Below are positions 29,662-39,980 of a DNA stretch of 64,000 nt, one piece after another; positions within the stretch are counted from its first letter, which is position 1, and each line of letters opens with the position of its first letter. Source of the stretch: Oxynema aestuarii AP17. GTDB lineage: Bacteria; Cyanobacteriota; Cyanobacteriia; Cyanobacteriales; Laspinemataceae. The position numbers and the translations under genes are program-made. The DNA lies in the NCBI RefSeq assembly GCF_012295525.1, contig NZ_CP051167.1:5685299-5749298 (forward strand), given 5' to 3'. The notes under the pieces are model-generated. The model worked only from the letters and a program-made list of their open reading frames with translations. It was not told the origin of the DNA and searched no databases.

Positions 29662-31296
29662 ATGGATGTGCAGCTAGCTAAAAAAAAGTTAAGAGGGGGA
29701 GTCAGATGGGTCGTCGCATCGGGGGTGCTGACCCTGGTTTGCGGTGGGGGTTGGTGGCTGTATGCGAGCAATTTCGGCGCTCGATCGCAGGCGATCGCGG
29801 TGCGGGCGATCGATGTGGAGCTCGGGACCATCGAGAAAAAAATTGACGAGAGTGGAATTGTCGAATTTGGCAACCAACAAACCCTCAAATCGCCCACGGA
29901 TGCGACGGTAGACACCCTCTGGGTGGAGGTCGGCGATCGCGTCGATCTCGGTAGCGAACTGCTGCGCTTGCGCGATTCCCAGCAACAGTTGGGGCTTAAC
30001 GAACACCAACTGAAAATCCGCCAGCAAGAACTGACCCTCGCTTACCACCGCGATCGCCTCCAAAACGCCCGTCTGGCGGTGGAGGCTGCCGAAACTGACC
30101 TCGCCGCTAAAATCGCCCAAACGACCCGTAGCGAGCAAATTCAACTGGAAGCCAAAGCCCTCGAAATTGAAAAACAACAACTGACCGTCGCCAATACCCA
30201 GGCAAAAATCGAAACGGCCCAGGGACAACTCGACGCGGCGCGCCAAGAACTCGAAGAAGTCGAAGCCCTCGTCGAAAAAGGCTATATTCCCAGCAACGAA
30301 TTGCGCGCCGCCCAAGATGAAATTCGTAATGGTCAAGACCAATTGCGCGAGGCTGAATTGGACTTTGCGATCGCCCAATTAGAGTTGAAAAATCTGCAAC
30401 TCGATCGCCAACGTCTCCAGCAAGAACGACAAGACAAACTCGCCCAACAAGAGAGCGAAATCCGGCAGGCGCGATCGGCCCTACGCGAAGCTCAAGCAAC
30501 CCTCGCCAACGTTGAGAATGAGGTTCGCACTGCCGACATCGAACTCGAAAATCTCGAACTCGAACGCCAACGACTCGCCAAAGAACTACAAGCGAATATC
30601 GTCACTTCCCCCATCTTCGGTACCGTCCTCGACCTGTTCGTTAAACCCGGCGATGGCGTCGAACGCGGCAAAGATTTACTCGTCCTCGGCGACCCCAGTC
30701 GCGAAGTGGTCAAACTGCAACTGTCTACCCTCAACGCCAAACAAGTTGAAGTCAACCAAGCCGCGCGCGTCAGCCTCATCGGACCCAATCCGAAAACTTT
30801 TGAGGGTCGCGTTCGCAGCTTGTCCCCCCTCGCCAGTACCTCCGCCACGGACTCCTCCGGTCGTCAGTCCGGTCAAGCCACGATCGCCGCCATCGTCGAA
30901 CTCGATCGCCCCAGCAATTTTCTCATTCCCGGGAGTCAAGTCAGCGTCGAGATTATTTTACAACGTCGTGAAGAGGTCGTCGTTTTACAAATGGAAGCGA
31001 TTCAGCGCGACGACCGAGAGCCCTATGTTTGGGTGCGCGCCGATGACGGAACCGCCCAAAAACAAGCGATCGCCCTCGGACTGGAAGGGATTGTCGAAGT
31101 CGAAGTCACCGAAGGCTTAAAACCGGGCGATCGGGTGATTTTACCTCCCGTAGATGTCCCCCTACAACCGGGAATTCCAGTGATTGAAGAAGACGAACAA
31201 GGTCAAGAGTCGGCGATCGAACGGCCAAACATAAAGAGTAAAAGGCAAAAGGCAAAACGCAAAAGGCAAAAGATAGACGAAGTTTTGATGTCTTGA
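29662..31296 (+). CDS. HlyD-family membrane fusion protein / periplasmic adaptor subunit (DevB-like)
   Basis: N-terminal TM, then a long coiled coil (repeated Q/E/L heptads) and C-terminal beta-barrel/lipoyl-like segments. ATG 29662 is preferred over the track start 29626. Confidence 0.8.
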   Translation: MDVQLAKKKLRGGVRWVVASGVLTLVCGGGWWLYASNFGARSQAIAVRAIDVELGTIEKKIDESGIVEFGNQQTLKSPTDATVDTLWVEVGDRVDLGSELLRLRDSQQQLGLNEHQLKIRQQELTLAYHRDRLQNARLAVEAAETDLAAKIAQTTRSEQIQLEAKALEIEKQQLTVANTQAKIETAQGQLDAARQELEEVEALVEKGYIPSNELRAAQDEIRNGQDQLREAELDFAIAQLELKNLQLDRQRLQQERQDKLAQQESEIRQARSALREAQATLANVENEVRTADIELENLELERQRLAKELQANIVTSPIFGTVLDLFVKPGDGVERGKDLLVLGDPSREVVKLQLSTLNAKQVEVNQAARVSLIGPNPKTFEGRVRSLSPLASTSATDSSGRQSGQATIAAIVELDRPSNFLIPGSQVSVEIILQRREEVVVLQMEAIQRDDREPYVWVRADDGTAQKQAIALGLEGIVEVEVTEGLKPGDRVILPPVDVPLQPGIPVIEEDEQGQESAIERPNIKSKRQKAKRKRQKIDEVLMS

Positions 31297-31371
31297 CGGC
31301 TTTCAGCTTAGAACCAGAAATTTTCCGAATGTAGGAGCACTTAGGAGTTAAATCCGAAGCGTTAGCCTTCC

Positions 31372-31410
31372 ACTCTAAACTCTAAGATCTAAAATGTAAC
31401 ATCTAAAATC
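31372..31410. repeat. STRR-like heptamer tract (CTAAACT/ATCTAAA) in inverse orientation to the 28165-28213 tract
   Basis: Seen in sequence: CACTCTAAACTCTAAGATCTAAAATGTAACATCTAAAATCC. It is the reverse complement of TTTAGAG/TTTAGAT units. Confidence 0.6.
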
Positions 31411-31421
31411 CCCAAAACTTC

Positions 31422-32597
31422 ATGAGTTTAAAAACCTTAGACTTATTAAATTTAACCTATAAATCTTTAACCGGAAACCTCGTGCGTTCTACCTTAACTA
31501 GTTTGGGCGTATTTATGGGGGTTGCCGCCGTCAACGCTACCTTACAAGTCGGCAGTATTTCCGAACGAGTGATTGCCGAACAACTCTCCAAACGCGAAGC
31601 CCCTCAAATTAATGCCTATATCTGGTTGCGCGACGGACGCAGCTTGCGTTTGGAAGATATGGAATTTTTAAAACAACGCCTAATCGGTTTAAAAGCGATT
31701 TCGACTTCCGCCGGATTTGCTTACGATTATGTCGTCTATCAAGACCGTTCCGAAGAAATGTTTGTCGAAGCGGTTTCGGAAGATTACTTACTGACCTCCG
31801 GACGGCAAGTTTTGCAAGGTCGTTTTTTTAATAATGAAGATTTTAGCAGTTTTCGCCCAGTCGTCGCGATCGATGACTTTTTACGCGGTCAGTTTTTCGA
31901 GCATGAAAATCCGATCGGCAAACGACTTTATATCGGAGGAAAACCGTATATTATTATTGGGGTTGTCGAAACTAAGTTACGCTACCAAGACGACGAACCG
32001 AAAGGTGAAATTTTCGTACCCCTCTCTTTACGAACGGCACTGACAGGACGGCGCAACATTGGCGGCATTCAAATCCGTCCTTCTCACTTAGAAGATATGG
32101 AATCGATTGAAGAACAAACGGAAAAATTGTTACTTCAACGCTTCCCTGGCGGCGAATTTTATGCGTGGAACAATGCCGAAGATATTTTAGAACAGAAAAA
32201 AACCTTAGAAATGACATCGCGCGCTTTGTTAGCTGTCGGTGGAATTGCGTTATTAGTCGGAGGGGTCGGTATCGCGAATATCACGATCGCCTCGACCATC
32301 GAAAGGACGCCGGAAATTGGCTTGCGGCGCGCTTTAGGCGCGACCCAACGCGATATTATGTTGCAATTTATTTTAGAAGCCGCTTTATTGAGTTTACTCG
32401 GTGGAACGCTGGCGATCGCTAGTGTCCATAGTTTAACTGTTGTGGTCGCCAAAACTTTCGATTTACCGTATAATTTCGAGGAAAAAACGGCGGCGATCGC
32501 ATTAGGATCGGCAGTCTTGGTCGGTGTCGGTGCCGGATTTTTACCCGCATTGAAAGCAAGTCAACTCGATCCTGTTAAAGCTTTACGCTTGGGTTAA
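31422..32597 (+). CDS. ABC exporter permease, FtsX/MacB-like (DevC-like), with no ATPase domain
   Basis: N-terminal TM, a ~220-aa periplasmic domain, then three C-terminal TMs with the GIANIM.....ER..EIGLRRALGA block. Confidence 0.8.
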   Translation: MSLKTLDLLNLTYKSLTGNLVRSTLTSLGVFMGVAAVNATLQVGSISERVIAEQLSKREAPQINAYIWLRDGRSLRLEDMEFLKQRLIGLKAISTSAGFAYDYVVYQDRSEEMFVEAVSEDYLLTSGRQVLQGRFFNNEDFSSFRPVVAIDDFLRGQFFEHENPIGKRLYIGGKPYIIIGVVETKLRYQDDEPKGEIFVPLSLRTALTGRRNIGGIQIRPSHLEDMESIEEQTEKLLLQRFPGGEFYAWNNAEDILEQKKTLEMTSRALLAVGGIALLVGGVGIANITIASTIERTPEIGLRRALGATQRDIMLQFILEAALLSLLGGTLAIASVHSLTVVVAKTFDLPYNFEEKTAAIALGSAVLVGVGAGFLPALKASQLDPVKALRLG

Positions 32598-32633
32598 AAA
32601 AGGATAAAAATAAGCTAATTATAATGGGTATTT

Positions 32634-34307
32634 GTGGTGTTGCGAGAAGATTTATTCATTGCCAGAGCAATAGGTGGCGCGATCGCTGTTATCGGCATTG
32701 TCAACAGTGGCGAATGGGGGGATTTTGCTCAAGCAGCTCCCCAACCACGCGATCGACAAACAACATTAAATATGGTCAAACAGTCGGTGATTTATAGATT
32801 TCCTGAAGTAAAACATAATCGCAGATTTGAAATTACAAACAATTATCTTTTTGCAAATCGCGATCTTGAAAACAATAGCCGTATCGACGAATCCGAACAG
32901 CGATCGCTTCCCTATTTTAACGAAGACGATCGGGCGATCGCCCTAACCTTAGCCGATATTGTAATTTTAGCCGTACAAAACAACCGCAATATTAAAAATG
33001 CCTATCTCCAACGCATCGCCGATCGCGAAAATTTAGCCGTCGAACTCGATAAATTTTCTCCTAATATCACCCCAGAAGCTTCTCTTTCTGTAGGCAGTAG
33101 TGATTTGGGAAGCTTAACTACAAATACCGCGCAATTGGGGTTCGGCGCGATCGTTTCCATTGCCTTACCCACCGGGGCTGAAATTATCGCCGAATGGGAA
33201 ACAAGCGGCATCGCTCAAAATAATAGTGAAGCGGCGATCGACGATGAAACGGGTCTGCAACAAAACATTGAATTGCGCTTCAGTCAACCCCTTTTAAGGG
33301 GATTTGGCAGAGAAGTGAATATAGCTTCTATTGAAGTTGCAAAACTTTCGGAACAGGTCAATATTCTCGATTTAAAATCTACATTAATCGAAACTGTTAG
33401 TGACGCGATCGTTGCCTACCGAAATCTCGTCCGCGCTCAAGAGCAGGTGGAAATTGAACGGCTTTCTTTACAGCGTGCCAAAGAATTATTAGAAATTAAC
33501 CGCGTGCTAATTGAAGCGGGACGACGCGCTCCAATTGAGATGGTACAAAGTCAAACCAATGTTGCCAATCAAGAAGTTCGCGTTTTAGAAGCGGAAAATG
33601 ACCTCGAAAGTCGCCAACTCGCTTTAATTGAAATTCTCGATATCGACCAACAAACTAAAATTACGGCGATCGAACAACTCGAAATTGAAGAAGCAGAATT
33701 ACCAAAAGAGCAGGAGTTAATCGATTTAGCTTATCAAAACCGTCCCGATTTTTTACAAGCTTTACTGGCGCTAGAAATTGCTGAATTTGATTTGTTACTG
33801 GCTGAAGATAACCGACGCTGGGATTTAGATTTAGAAGCCAGTTATATCAGTGGATTGCGAACCGATACGGAGGATACCAATGACTTGCGAGCTGGACTAA
33901 ATTTGAGTCGAGAATTTGGCGATCGCACGCTCCAACGAGATCTAGAAACAAGTCGCGTTAATATTTTACAAGAGCAAAATCGGCTGGAAGATTTACGCGA
34001 AACGATTAAAATTGAAGTGCGCGATCGCATCCGGGATGTTAATTTATTGCGTCGTCAAGTCGAACTCGCACGGACAGCGAAAGAATTATCTGCCCAAAAG
34101 TTAGCCAACGAGCGAGAACTCCTCAAACTCGGTCGTTCCTCGATCGCCGAAATCGTTCGTTTCCAAGAAGATTTAGTCGAGGCCACCAATGCCGAACTCA
34201 ATGCTAAAATTAATTATCTCAACGCTTTAACCCAGCTCGATCGCACGGTTGGCATTACCTTGGATACGTGGGAAATTACCGTTGAAGCGTTTCCTAAACT
34301 GGATTAA
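32634..34307 (+). CDS. TolC-family outer-membrane efflux protein
   Basis: Signal peptide, then two repeated ~200-aa OEP-type segments rich in coiled-coil A/E/L/Q repeats. GTG start. Confidence 0.75.
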   Translation: MVLREDLFIARAIGGAIAVIGIVNSGEWGDFAQAAPQPRDRQTTLNMVKQSVIYRFPEVKHNRRFEITNNYLFANRDLENNSRIDESEQRSLPYFNEDDRAIALTLADIVILAVQNNRNIKNAYLQRIADRENLAVELDKFSPNITPEASLSVGSSDLGSLTTNTAQLGFGAIVSIALPTGAEIIAEWETSGIAQNNSEAAIDDETGLQQNIELRFSQPLLRGFGREVNIASIEVAKLSEQVNILDLKSTLIETVSDAIVAYRNLVRAQEQVEIERLSLQRAKELLEINRVLIEAGRRAPIEMVQSQTNVANQEVRVLEAENDLESRQLALIEILDIDQQTKITAIEQLEIEEAELPKEQELIDLAYQNRPDFLQALLALEIAEFDLLLAEDNRRWDLDLEASYISGLRTDTEDTNDLRAGLNLSREFGDRTLQRDLETSRVNILQEQNRLEDLRETIKIEVRDRIRDVNLLRRQVELARTAKELSAQKLANERELLKLGRSSIAEIVRFQEDLVEATNAELNAKINYLNALTQLDRTVGITLDTWEITVEAFPKLD

Positions 34308-34535
34308 AACATTAAAGGAATCGGATCTATAGCTTTTTTCACGATCGGGCGGAGAATTGATTAGGCGACTTTCTCCCTCGGAGTGCATGTCTGCCCCCCT
34401 AACTTTAGCTCTTAAGTAAGATACAAGTAAATAGATTAATTATTTTTAGTATAGCACGCCCGGATTTCGGGAGGGGCGATCGCCGGGTCGATGGAGCCTG
34501 CGATAAAATCGAGAAAAGCTTGGATTTAACCAACG

Positions 34536-34943
34536 ATGAACCAACCTCAATCGGACAATCAAACGGCAACCTCGCCCACCTCGACCCCGCCAGGGAACAA
34601 CTCGTCAAACTTTTTCAGTGACTGGCGCGTTCGAGTCGGCTTGCTTGTGGGAACGGTCGGCGGTCTTATTTTGAGTTTATTTTTGGTCGGCTTTTTCTGG
34701 CCCCATTGGCTCGCCGGACTCGGGATGCGCTCTTGGTCGTCTCACGCGAACGCCACGCCAATTGAATGCATGATGCGCGATACCAATGACGACGGTTATG
34801 TCAGTTGCAGTGCCATGCTTAAAGGAGAAGTCGTCCCCTTGGAATGCGGCGCCAGCGTGTTTAATATCGGATGCCGGGTCAATTACGGTGCGGCGGCAGC
34901 TCCTCCGGTACGGGCGAATAAAGCGAATGGTCGGGGAGGTTAA
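34536..34943 (+). CDS. Hypothetical small membrane protein, Cys-containing C-terminal domain
   Basis: ORF with one TM (LLVGTVGGLILSLFLVGFFW) and six Cys in the C-terminal half. Weak evidence only. Confidence 0.3.
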   Translation: MNQPQSDNQTATSPTSTPPGNNSSNFFSDWRVRVGLLVGTVGGLILSLFLVGFFWPHWLAGLGMRSWSSHANATPIECMMRDTNDDGYVSCSAMLKGEVVPLECGASVFNIGCRVNYGAAAAPPVRANKANGRGG

Positions 34944-34971
34944 GATCGAGGCCAGCCGCAATTTATGATGA

Positions 34972-36315
34972 TTGTCGATCTCGGTTATGGTCAAATTACT
35001 ACCGTTCGCACCGATCGCCGCTCTCTTCTTCGCTCTCACGTTGACGGAAATGGAGCAACCGACGCGGGCCGAGTCCCTGGAAGGCTTAGTCCGTCAAAGC
35101 CTGTCTTCGGAAAGTGAGGAAGCCGAACGGGCGATCGCCCGCTTGCGCGAACTCGGTCCGGCGGGGTTGCAAGCATTTCTCGATCGCCGTCCCCCGGATC
35201 TCGATCCCTCCGAGGCGGCGATCGCCCGTTGGCGCCGGGTTCTCGATCGCCTCTGCCAGCAACGGGACTGTTACGCCTCACAACTGTACTGGTACACGGA
35301 TTGGGAACGAGCGAAAGCGGCAGCGCGCCGCAGTGGCAAGCCGATCTTATCCTTGCGCCTGCTCGGTCACTTAGACGAAGACCTCAGTTGTGCGAACAGT
35401 CGCTTTTTCCGGGTCGCGGTTTACGCTAACGCTCTCGTTGCCTCACGGTTGCGCGATCGCGTCATCCTCCACTGGGAATCCGTCCGCCCGGTTCCCACGG
35501 TGACCGTGGATTTCGGCGACGGGCGCACCCTCAAGCGCACCGTCACGGGCAACAGCATTCACTACCTGCTCGATGCCGAGGGACGACCTCTCGACGCCTT
35601 GCCCGGTCTCTACGGTCCCCAAGCCTTTCTCACTTGGCTCGATCGCGCCGTGCCGATGGCGCGCCAATTTGCCCGACTGTCGGCCTCGGAACGGGAACGA
35701 GTTCTCACTGAATACCACCGCGATCGCCTCGAAACGATACAGCAACAGTGGCGAGGCGATCTGGCGGCTCTCAACGGATCTCCCTCCCCAGCTTTGGAAC
35801 CGATTCCGGAGGGGGAACCCGATGCAGAAACTGCGGGTCGCTTGGCGGTGACGAAAATGGTGGTCGAGTTTCCGGTTTTGGAACAGTTGGGGGCGATCGA
35901 ACGCAATCGTCAAACCCTCGAATCCCTTACAAATAGAGAGTTTTGGCAGCAAATTGCCCGCGATCGCGCCGACACGGCCCGCCTCGATGTCAATAGCTTG
36001 GCTCTGATGCGGGACAAAAACCCGGCCTTCGACGATCCGGAGCAACTCGAAGCGGTGCAAACTCAGTTCGAGGCGATGATGGCTCTCGATACGGTACGCA
36101 ACGAGTACCTGTTACATTCGCAAATCCATCAATGGTTTCTCACGGGAGACCCGACCGCGACCCGCGTTTCAACGCTCAACGATCGCGTTTACGAGGAACT
36201 CTTTCTCACGCCTAATTCGGATCCGTGGATGGGTTTAGCCCCCGAAAATATTTACAGCGCGATCGACGATGGCGGCTTGTCGCCTCAACCCGGCGATCGC
36301 GCGATCGATCGATAA
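34972..36315 (+). CDS. Hypothetical secreted protein
   Basis: Signal peptide MVKLLPFAPIAALFFALTLT. No recognisable motif. Confidence 0.5.
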   Translation: MSISVMVKLLPFAPIAALFFALTLTEMEQPTRAESLEGLVRQSLSSESEEAERAIARLRELGPAGLQAFLDRRPPDLDPSEAAIARWRRVLDRLCQQRDCYASQLYWYTDWERAKAAARRSGKPILSLRLLGHLDEDLSCANSRFFRVAVYANALVASRLRDRVILHWESVRPVPTVTVDFGDGRTLKRTVTGNSIHYLLDAEGRPLDALPGLYGPQAFLTWLDRAVPMARQFARLSASERERVLTEYHRDRLETIQQQWRGDLAALNGSPSPALEPIPEGEPDAETAGRLAVTKMVVEFPVLEQLGAIERNRQTLESLTNREFWQQIARDRADTARLDVNSLALMRDKNPAFDDPEQLEAVQTQFEAMMALDTVRNEYLLHSQIHQWFLTGDPTATRVSTLNDRVYEELFLTPNSDPWMGLAPENIYSAIDDGGLSPQPGDRAIDR

Positions 36316-36463
36316 GCTGTCGAACATTTAACCAAAAAAATCAGGGGCAAGTTGCCCCTAGAGTGGCGATGGGGTTGGATCGATCTCGAAACGGGTTCGA
36401 TGAGTCAGCTTCGCTGCGGGCGATCGCTACTCAACAGATGGGATGCTTAAACACCCATAAAAA

Positions 36464-36799
36464 CTAACTTTCTTCGGAATGACCTGTTAACTGTAAAGAC
36501 TGTTCTAATGCCATCCGTTGTTCGGCATTGCGCAGGAAATAACCACTCATCATGGCGGAAGCGAGCAGTTGACCTAAAGTGTCGCGATTAGTGGTCACGG
36601 AAACATCAAAGCGATCGCCGGGTAAACCGCCCAAAATTCCTTTGAGATTGCGTTCCATGACCTGTGCGGCGGAAGAACTCGGTTGCGAGAGTTGGGCGAT
36701 CGTATCGGGATTGAGGGATTGAACGTATTTCCAAAGGAGGTTGCTGCTTTCGGAAGCTCCATCGAAGAAGTCGGGGCGGTTAGAGATAGGTTCTTTCAC
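36464..36799 (-). CDS. DUF760-family protein (conserved in cyanobacteria and chloroplasts)
   Basis: Core LLWKYVQSLNPDTIAQLSQPSS..VMERNLKGILGGLP...LLASAMMSGYFLRNAEQRM matches my memory of the DUF760 consensus. Confidence 0.55.
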   Translation of the reverse strand: MKEPISNRPDFFDGASESSNLLWKYVQSLNPDTIAQLSQPSSSAAQVMERNLKGILGGLPGDRFDVSVTTNRDTLGQLLASAMMSGYFLRNAEQRMALEQSLQLTGHSEES

Positions 36800-37097
36800 G
36801 ATCGTCTCCTCTCAAATGACATCAATCTAGCTCGTTCTACGTTCTAAGTTAACAAGGTTGGGGATTGGATTGACAGGGAGTGCAACCGAACCATCCGGGC
36901 GGATTTTTCGACCTAATAACGATCGCCAATGCGCTAACCCAGGGGACGCCTAGGGGGAATCGGTATTAAGGGATGTTTAAAATTGGTGGTTGCCACGGGA
37001 AAAAGGGCGATCGCAATCCGTTTCACGGGAGTTTTCTATACTTGCAACTTGGCGATCGCCCGATTTATCCCGGACATTCCCCTGGGGTGGGGTGGAT

Positions 37098-37463
37098 CTA
37101 AAGGCTCACCCAGGACGGATGCCAACCGAACAGAGAAAGACTAAAGAAAGAAATGTCAGACCTTCGAGGGAGGGGAGGCGGAGGTTGAAACTCGCTGGAA
37201 TTGGCAACGACTTCGCCATTGGCATCGACGAGCACCCGGTCCGACGCGCGCACGATCGTTTGACCGCTATCGAGTGCTTGACGTAACTGACGTCCGGTTT
37301 TCCACGCGGCAAATTTTACGGCATTCCAACGGGGGTTGGCCGGATATCCGGCAAAACCGGATCGTAACGCCGGAATGTTGACACTGGGGAGTGTCGTACG
37401 AAATTTGATGCCATCGACTAATTCGACGGTAATTACGTGGCGATGATTGAAAATTTTAGACAA
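37098..37463 (-). CDS. Hypothetical protein
   Basis: ORF only. No motif recognised. Confidence 0.3.
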   Translation of the reverse strand: MSKIFNHRHVITVELVDGIKFRTTLPSVNIPALRSGFAGYPANPRWNAVKFAAWKTGRQLRQALDSGQTIVRASDRVLVDANGEVVANSSEFQPPPPLPRRSDISFFSLSLFGWHPSWVSL

Positions 37464-37603
37464 TCGAACTCACCCCCTACTGATGAGATGGTTTCTCGAT
37501 TAAGTTTGTGGTAATTATAATATAAAACCCCAATCTTTGAAATAAAGTTGTGTAAATTTTTGGCTAAAATTGGCTAAAATTTGCCCGTTCGATCGCCTAA
37601 AGT

Positions 37604-39247
37604 TTAAGAGAGGCGATCGAATTCAATGCGAATTTTTTGAGTCTCTTTTGGAGAGTTCGGATCGTTACCGTAGAGGTCGTAGACGATCGCAACTTCGCCG
37701 TCCTCGCGAACGATCGCGCGCACGATGCCGAAATTATTCTGACGGCAAATGGCCAATTTTCGGAAATGATAGGGGGGATTGCCTTGGCGATCGCCCAAGG
37801 TGCCGCGTTCGGGGACTAATTGTTCTAAAAGCCAACGACCGAAAGGGGTTAATTCTGCATAGGTAATCCCACTAGAGGTCAATTGGTAAATTTTAGCTTC
37901 GGGAAAGCGATCGTGACTCAAGGTAAACGCCGCACCGATGTGAACGTCCCCACTCAAAAACACGACGGGTTTGCCCGTTTCTTGAGAAAATTCAAAAAGT
38001 TTATCTAACAAACAATTGCGTTCGTCCCAATTGCTGCGATGCTCCCAATGATCCCGTTGGTCGTCTTGATACCCCATTAAGGTCAGGTCGATATTATTAA
38101 TAAAAAAGCTGTACAGGTGGACGATGGGAACCGGAGAAATAATAAACAAAGCCCGAGAATCGGACTGGTAATGAGAGTCCAACCACTGTTGGACGCGCTG
38201 CCACTGTTGCACTCCCAACGCCCCCCATTCTTTGCGGTTGAAGTCGTGGTTACCTCGCATGTCCAAAACGAAGAACGAGCAGAAGGCGCAGTCGAACTCG
38301 TAGTCGAAGCGATTCTCAGCGTCGTCGGTGGGAGGATTGTGCGAATGCTGGTATTCGTGATATACTTGCTTGGCGGCGTCGAACATTTGATGGGCGAGGC
38401 GCAAATGTCGTTCGCGATCGCGCAGTTTCCAGGAAACGTCCAAGACTCCGGCGAGTTCGTCCCGGGTGTACGAACCCCAACCGTCCACAATTTCGTGGTC
38501 GTCCCACATCATATAATTGGGGAAGCCGCGAAAAATACGCTGGACTTCGGGAATGCCCCAATAACCGCGATAAATATCCCGATACCACTCGACCATCTGC
38601 TCGCGGGAGGGGTTGTGGTCTTGAACTTTTCGCAACCAGTGCCAGATGCTCAATTCCGGGGTTCCATCGACGTAAACTTGATCCCCGGTTCCCAACACTA
38701 AGCGGGCGTTGGCATTGTTGAGTTCTCGGTAAAACGCATCCCACATGTGAATGTTGACGAGTTCGCGGTTGTCGTAGGGCATGTGGCAACTGTAGATCCC
38801 GAAACAGATTTCCGTGGCAGTTTCAGGAAAGGTACGAAAGGTGAGCGGTTCGTCTTCCGGCAGTTCCCAAGGGCGATCGCGATGGGGATGAAATAAGCCG
38901 TAGTAGTAAAGGGTATCCGGTTCGAGGCGATCGAGATCGACGACTCCGGTGAGATCGGTGGTGGGGGTCATCTCGACGGCAGCGATCGCCACGGTCGGGA
39001 CTTGCTCGCAGCGATCGGAGGCGATCGCCCGCAGTTGGTAGCGGTCATTTTCAGCGACGACTAAGGGGCGCCCGTAGGTCGGCAGGGGTTCGCGCGAAAC
39101 GGCGAGGACGTAATTACCTGGAGATGAAACGCGAAACCACAGGCGCACGCTCCTAGGCGTGGTGTGACCGACAATACTGGTGCGTTCTAGACGAGAATGG
39201 GGCCAAGGGCGTCGTTCGGGATCGTAAAAGTTGAGCTTGGGCGTCAT
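37604..39247 (-). CDS. PhoD-like alkaline phosphatase / metallophosphatase
   Basis: LVLGTGDQVYVDG and MMWDDHEIVDGWGS metallophosphatase/PhoD signatures. ~550 aa. Confidence 0.8.
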   Translation of the reverse strand: MTPKLNFYDPERRPWPHSRLERTSIVGHTTPRSVRLWFRVSSPGNYVLAVSREPLPTYGRPLVVAENDRYQLRAIASDRCEQVPTVAIAAVEMTPTTDLTGVVDLDRLEPDTLYYYGLFHPHRDRPWELPEDEPLTFRTFPETATEICFGIYSCHMPYDNRELVNIHMWDAFYRELNNANARLVLGTGDQVYVDGTPELSIWHWLRKVQDHNPSREQMVEWYRDIYRGYWGIPEVQRIFRGFPNYMMWDDHEIVDGWGSYTRDELAGVLDVSWKLRDRERHLRLAHQMFDAAKQVYHEYQHSHNPPTDDAENRFDYEFDCAFCSFFVLDMRGNHDFNRKEWGALGVQQWQRVQQWLDSHYQSDSRALFIISPVPIVHLYSFFINNIDLTLMGYQDDQRDHWEHRSNWDERNCLLDKLFEFSQETGKPVVFLSGDVHIGAAFTLSHDRFPEAKIYQLTSSGITYAELTPFGRWLLEQLVPERGTLGDRQGNPPYHFRKLAICRQNNFGIVRAIVREDGEVAIVYDLYGNDPNSPKETQKIRIEFDRLS

Positions 39248-39388
39248 GAAACTTTACGGGGTCGTCGTCACTACGAGTCCGGCAATGCCATTATTATCGA
39301 CGATCGCCCTGAGTTTGCCGATTTACTGCGCTCAAAAATGAAAAAAGCCCCGGGAGGGGCTTTGCATGGGGTAAATCAAACCGTCAGC

Positions 39389-39853
<465 letters not shown>

Positions 39854-39980
39854 TTAAAGGTTACTACGATCGGGCGGTCGATCGGTTGGATTCGACCTTA
39901 GAATCACTATATTACTGATTAGCGATTTAGTCAAGTAAAAAAATCGATCGCCTCGGAAACGAGAGCGGGACGAGTCCGAG

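Noticed and set aside
29689-30378. 229-aa antisense ORF inside the MFP gene, and similar long antisense ORFs (e.g. 22151-22771, 62019-62666, 11341-11757, 38117-38701)
   Set aside because: They lie wholly inside well-supported genes on the opposite strand. Their products are low-complexity and Arg/Gly/Pro-rich, typical of antisense frames in GC-rich coding DNA.
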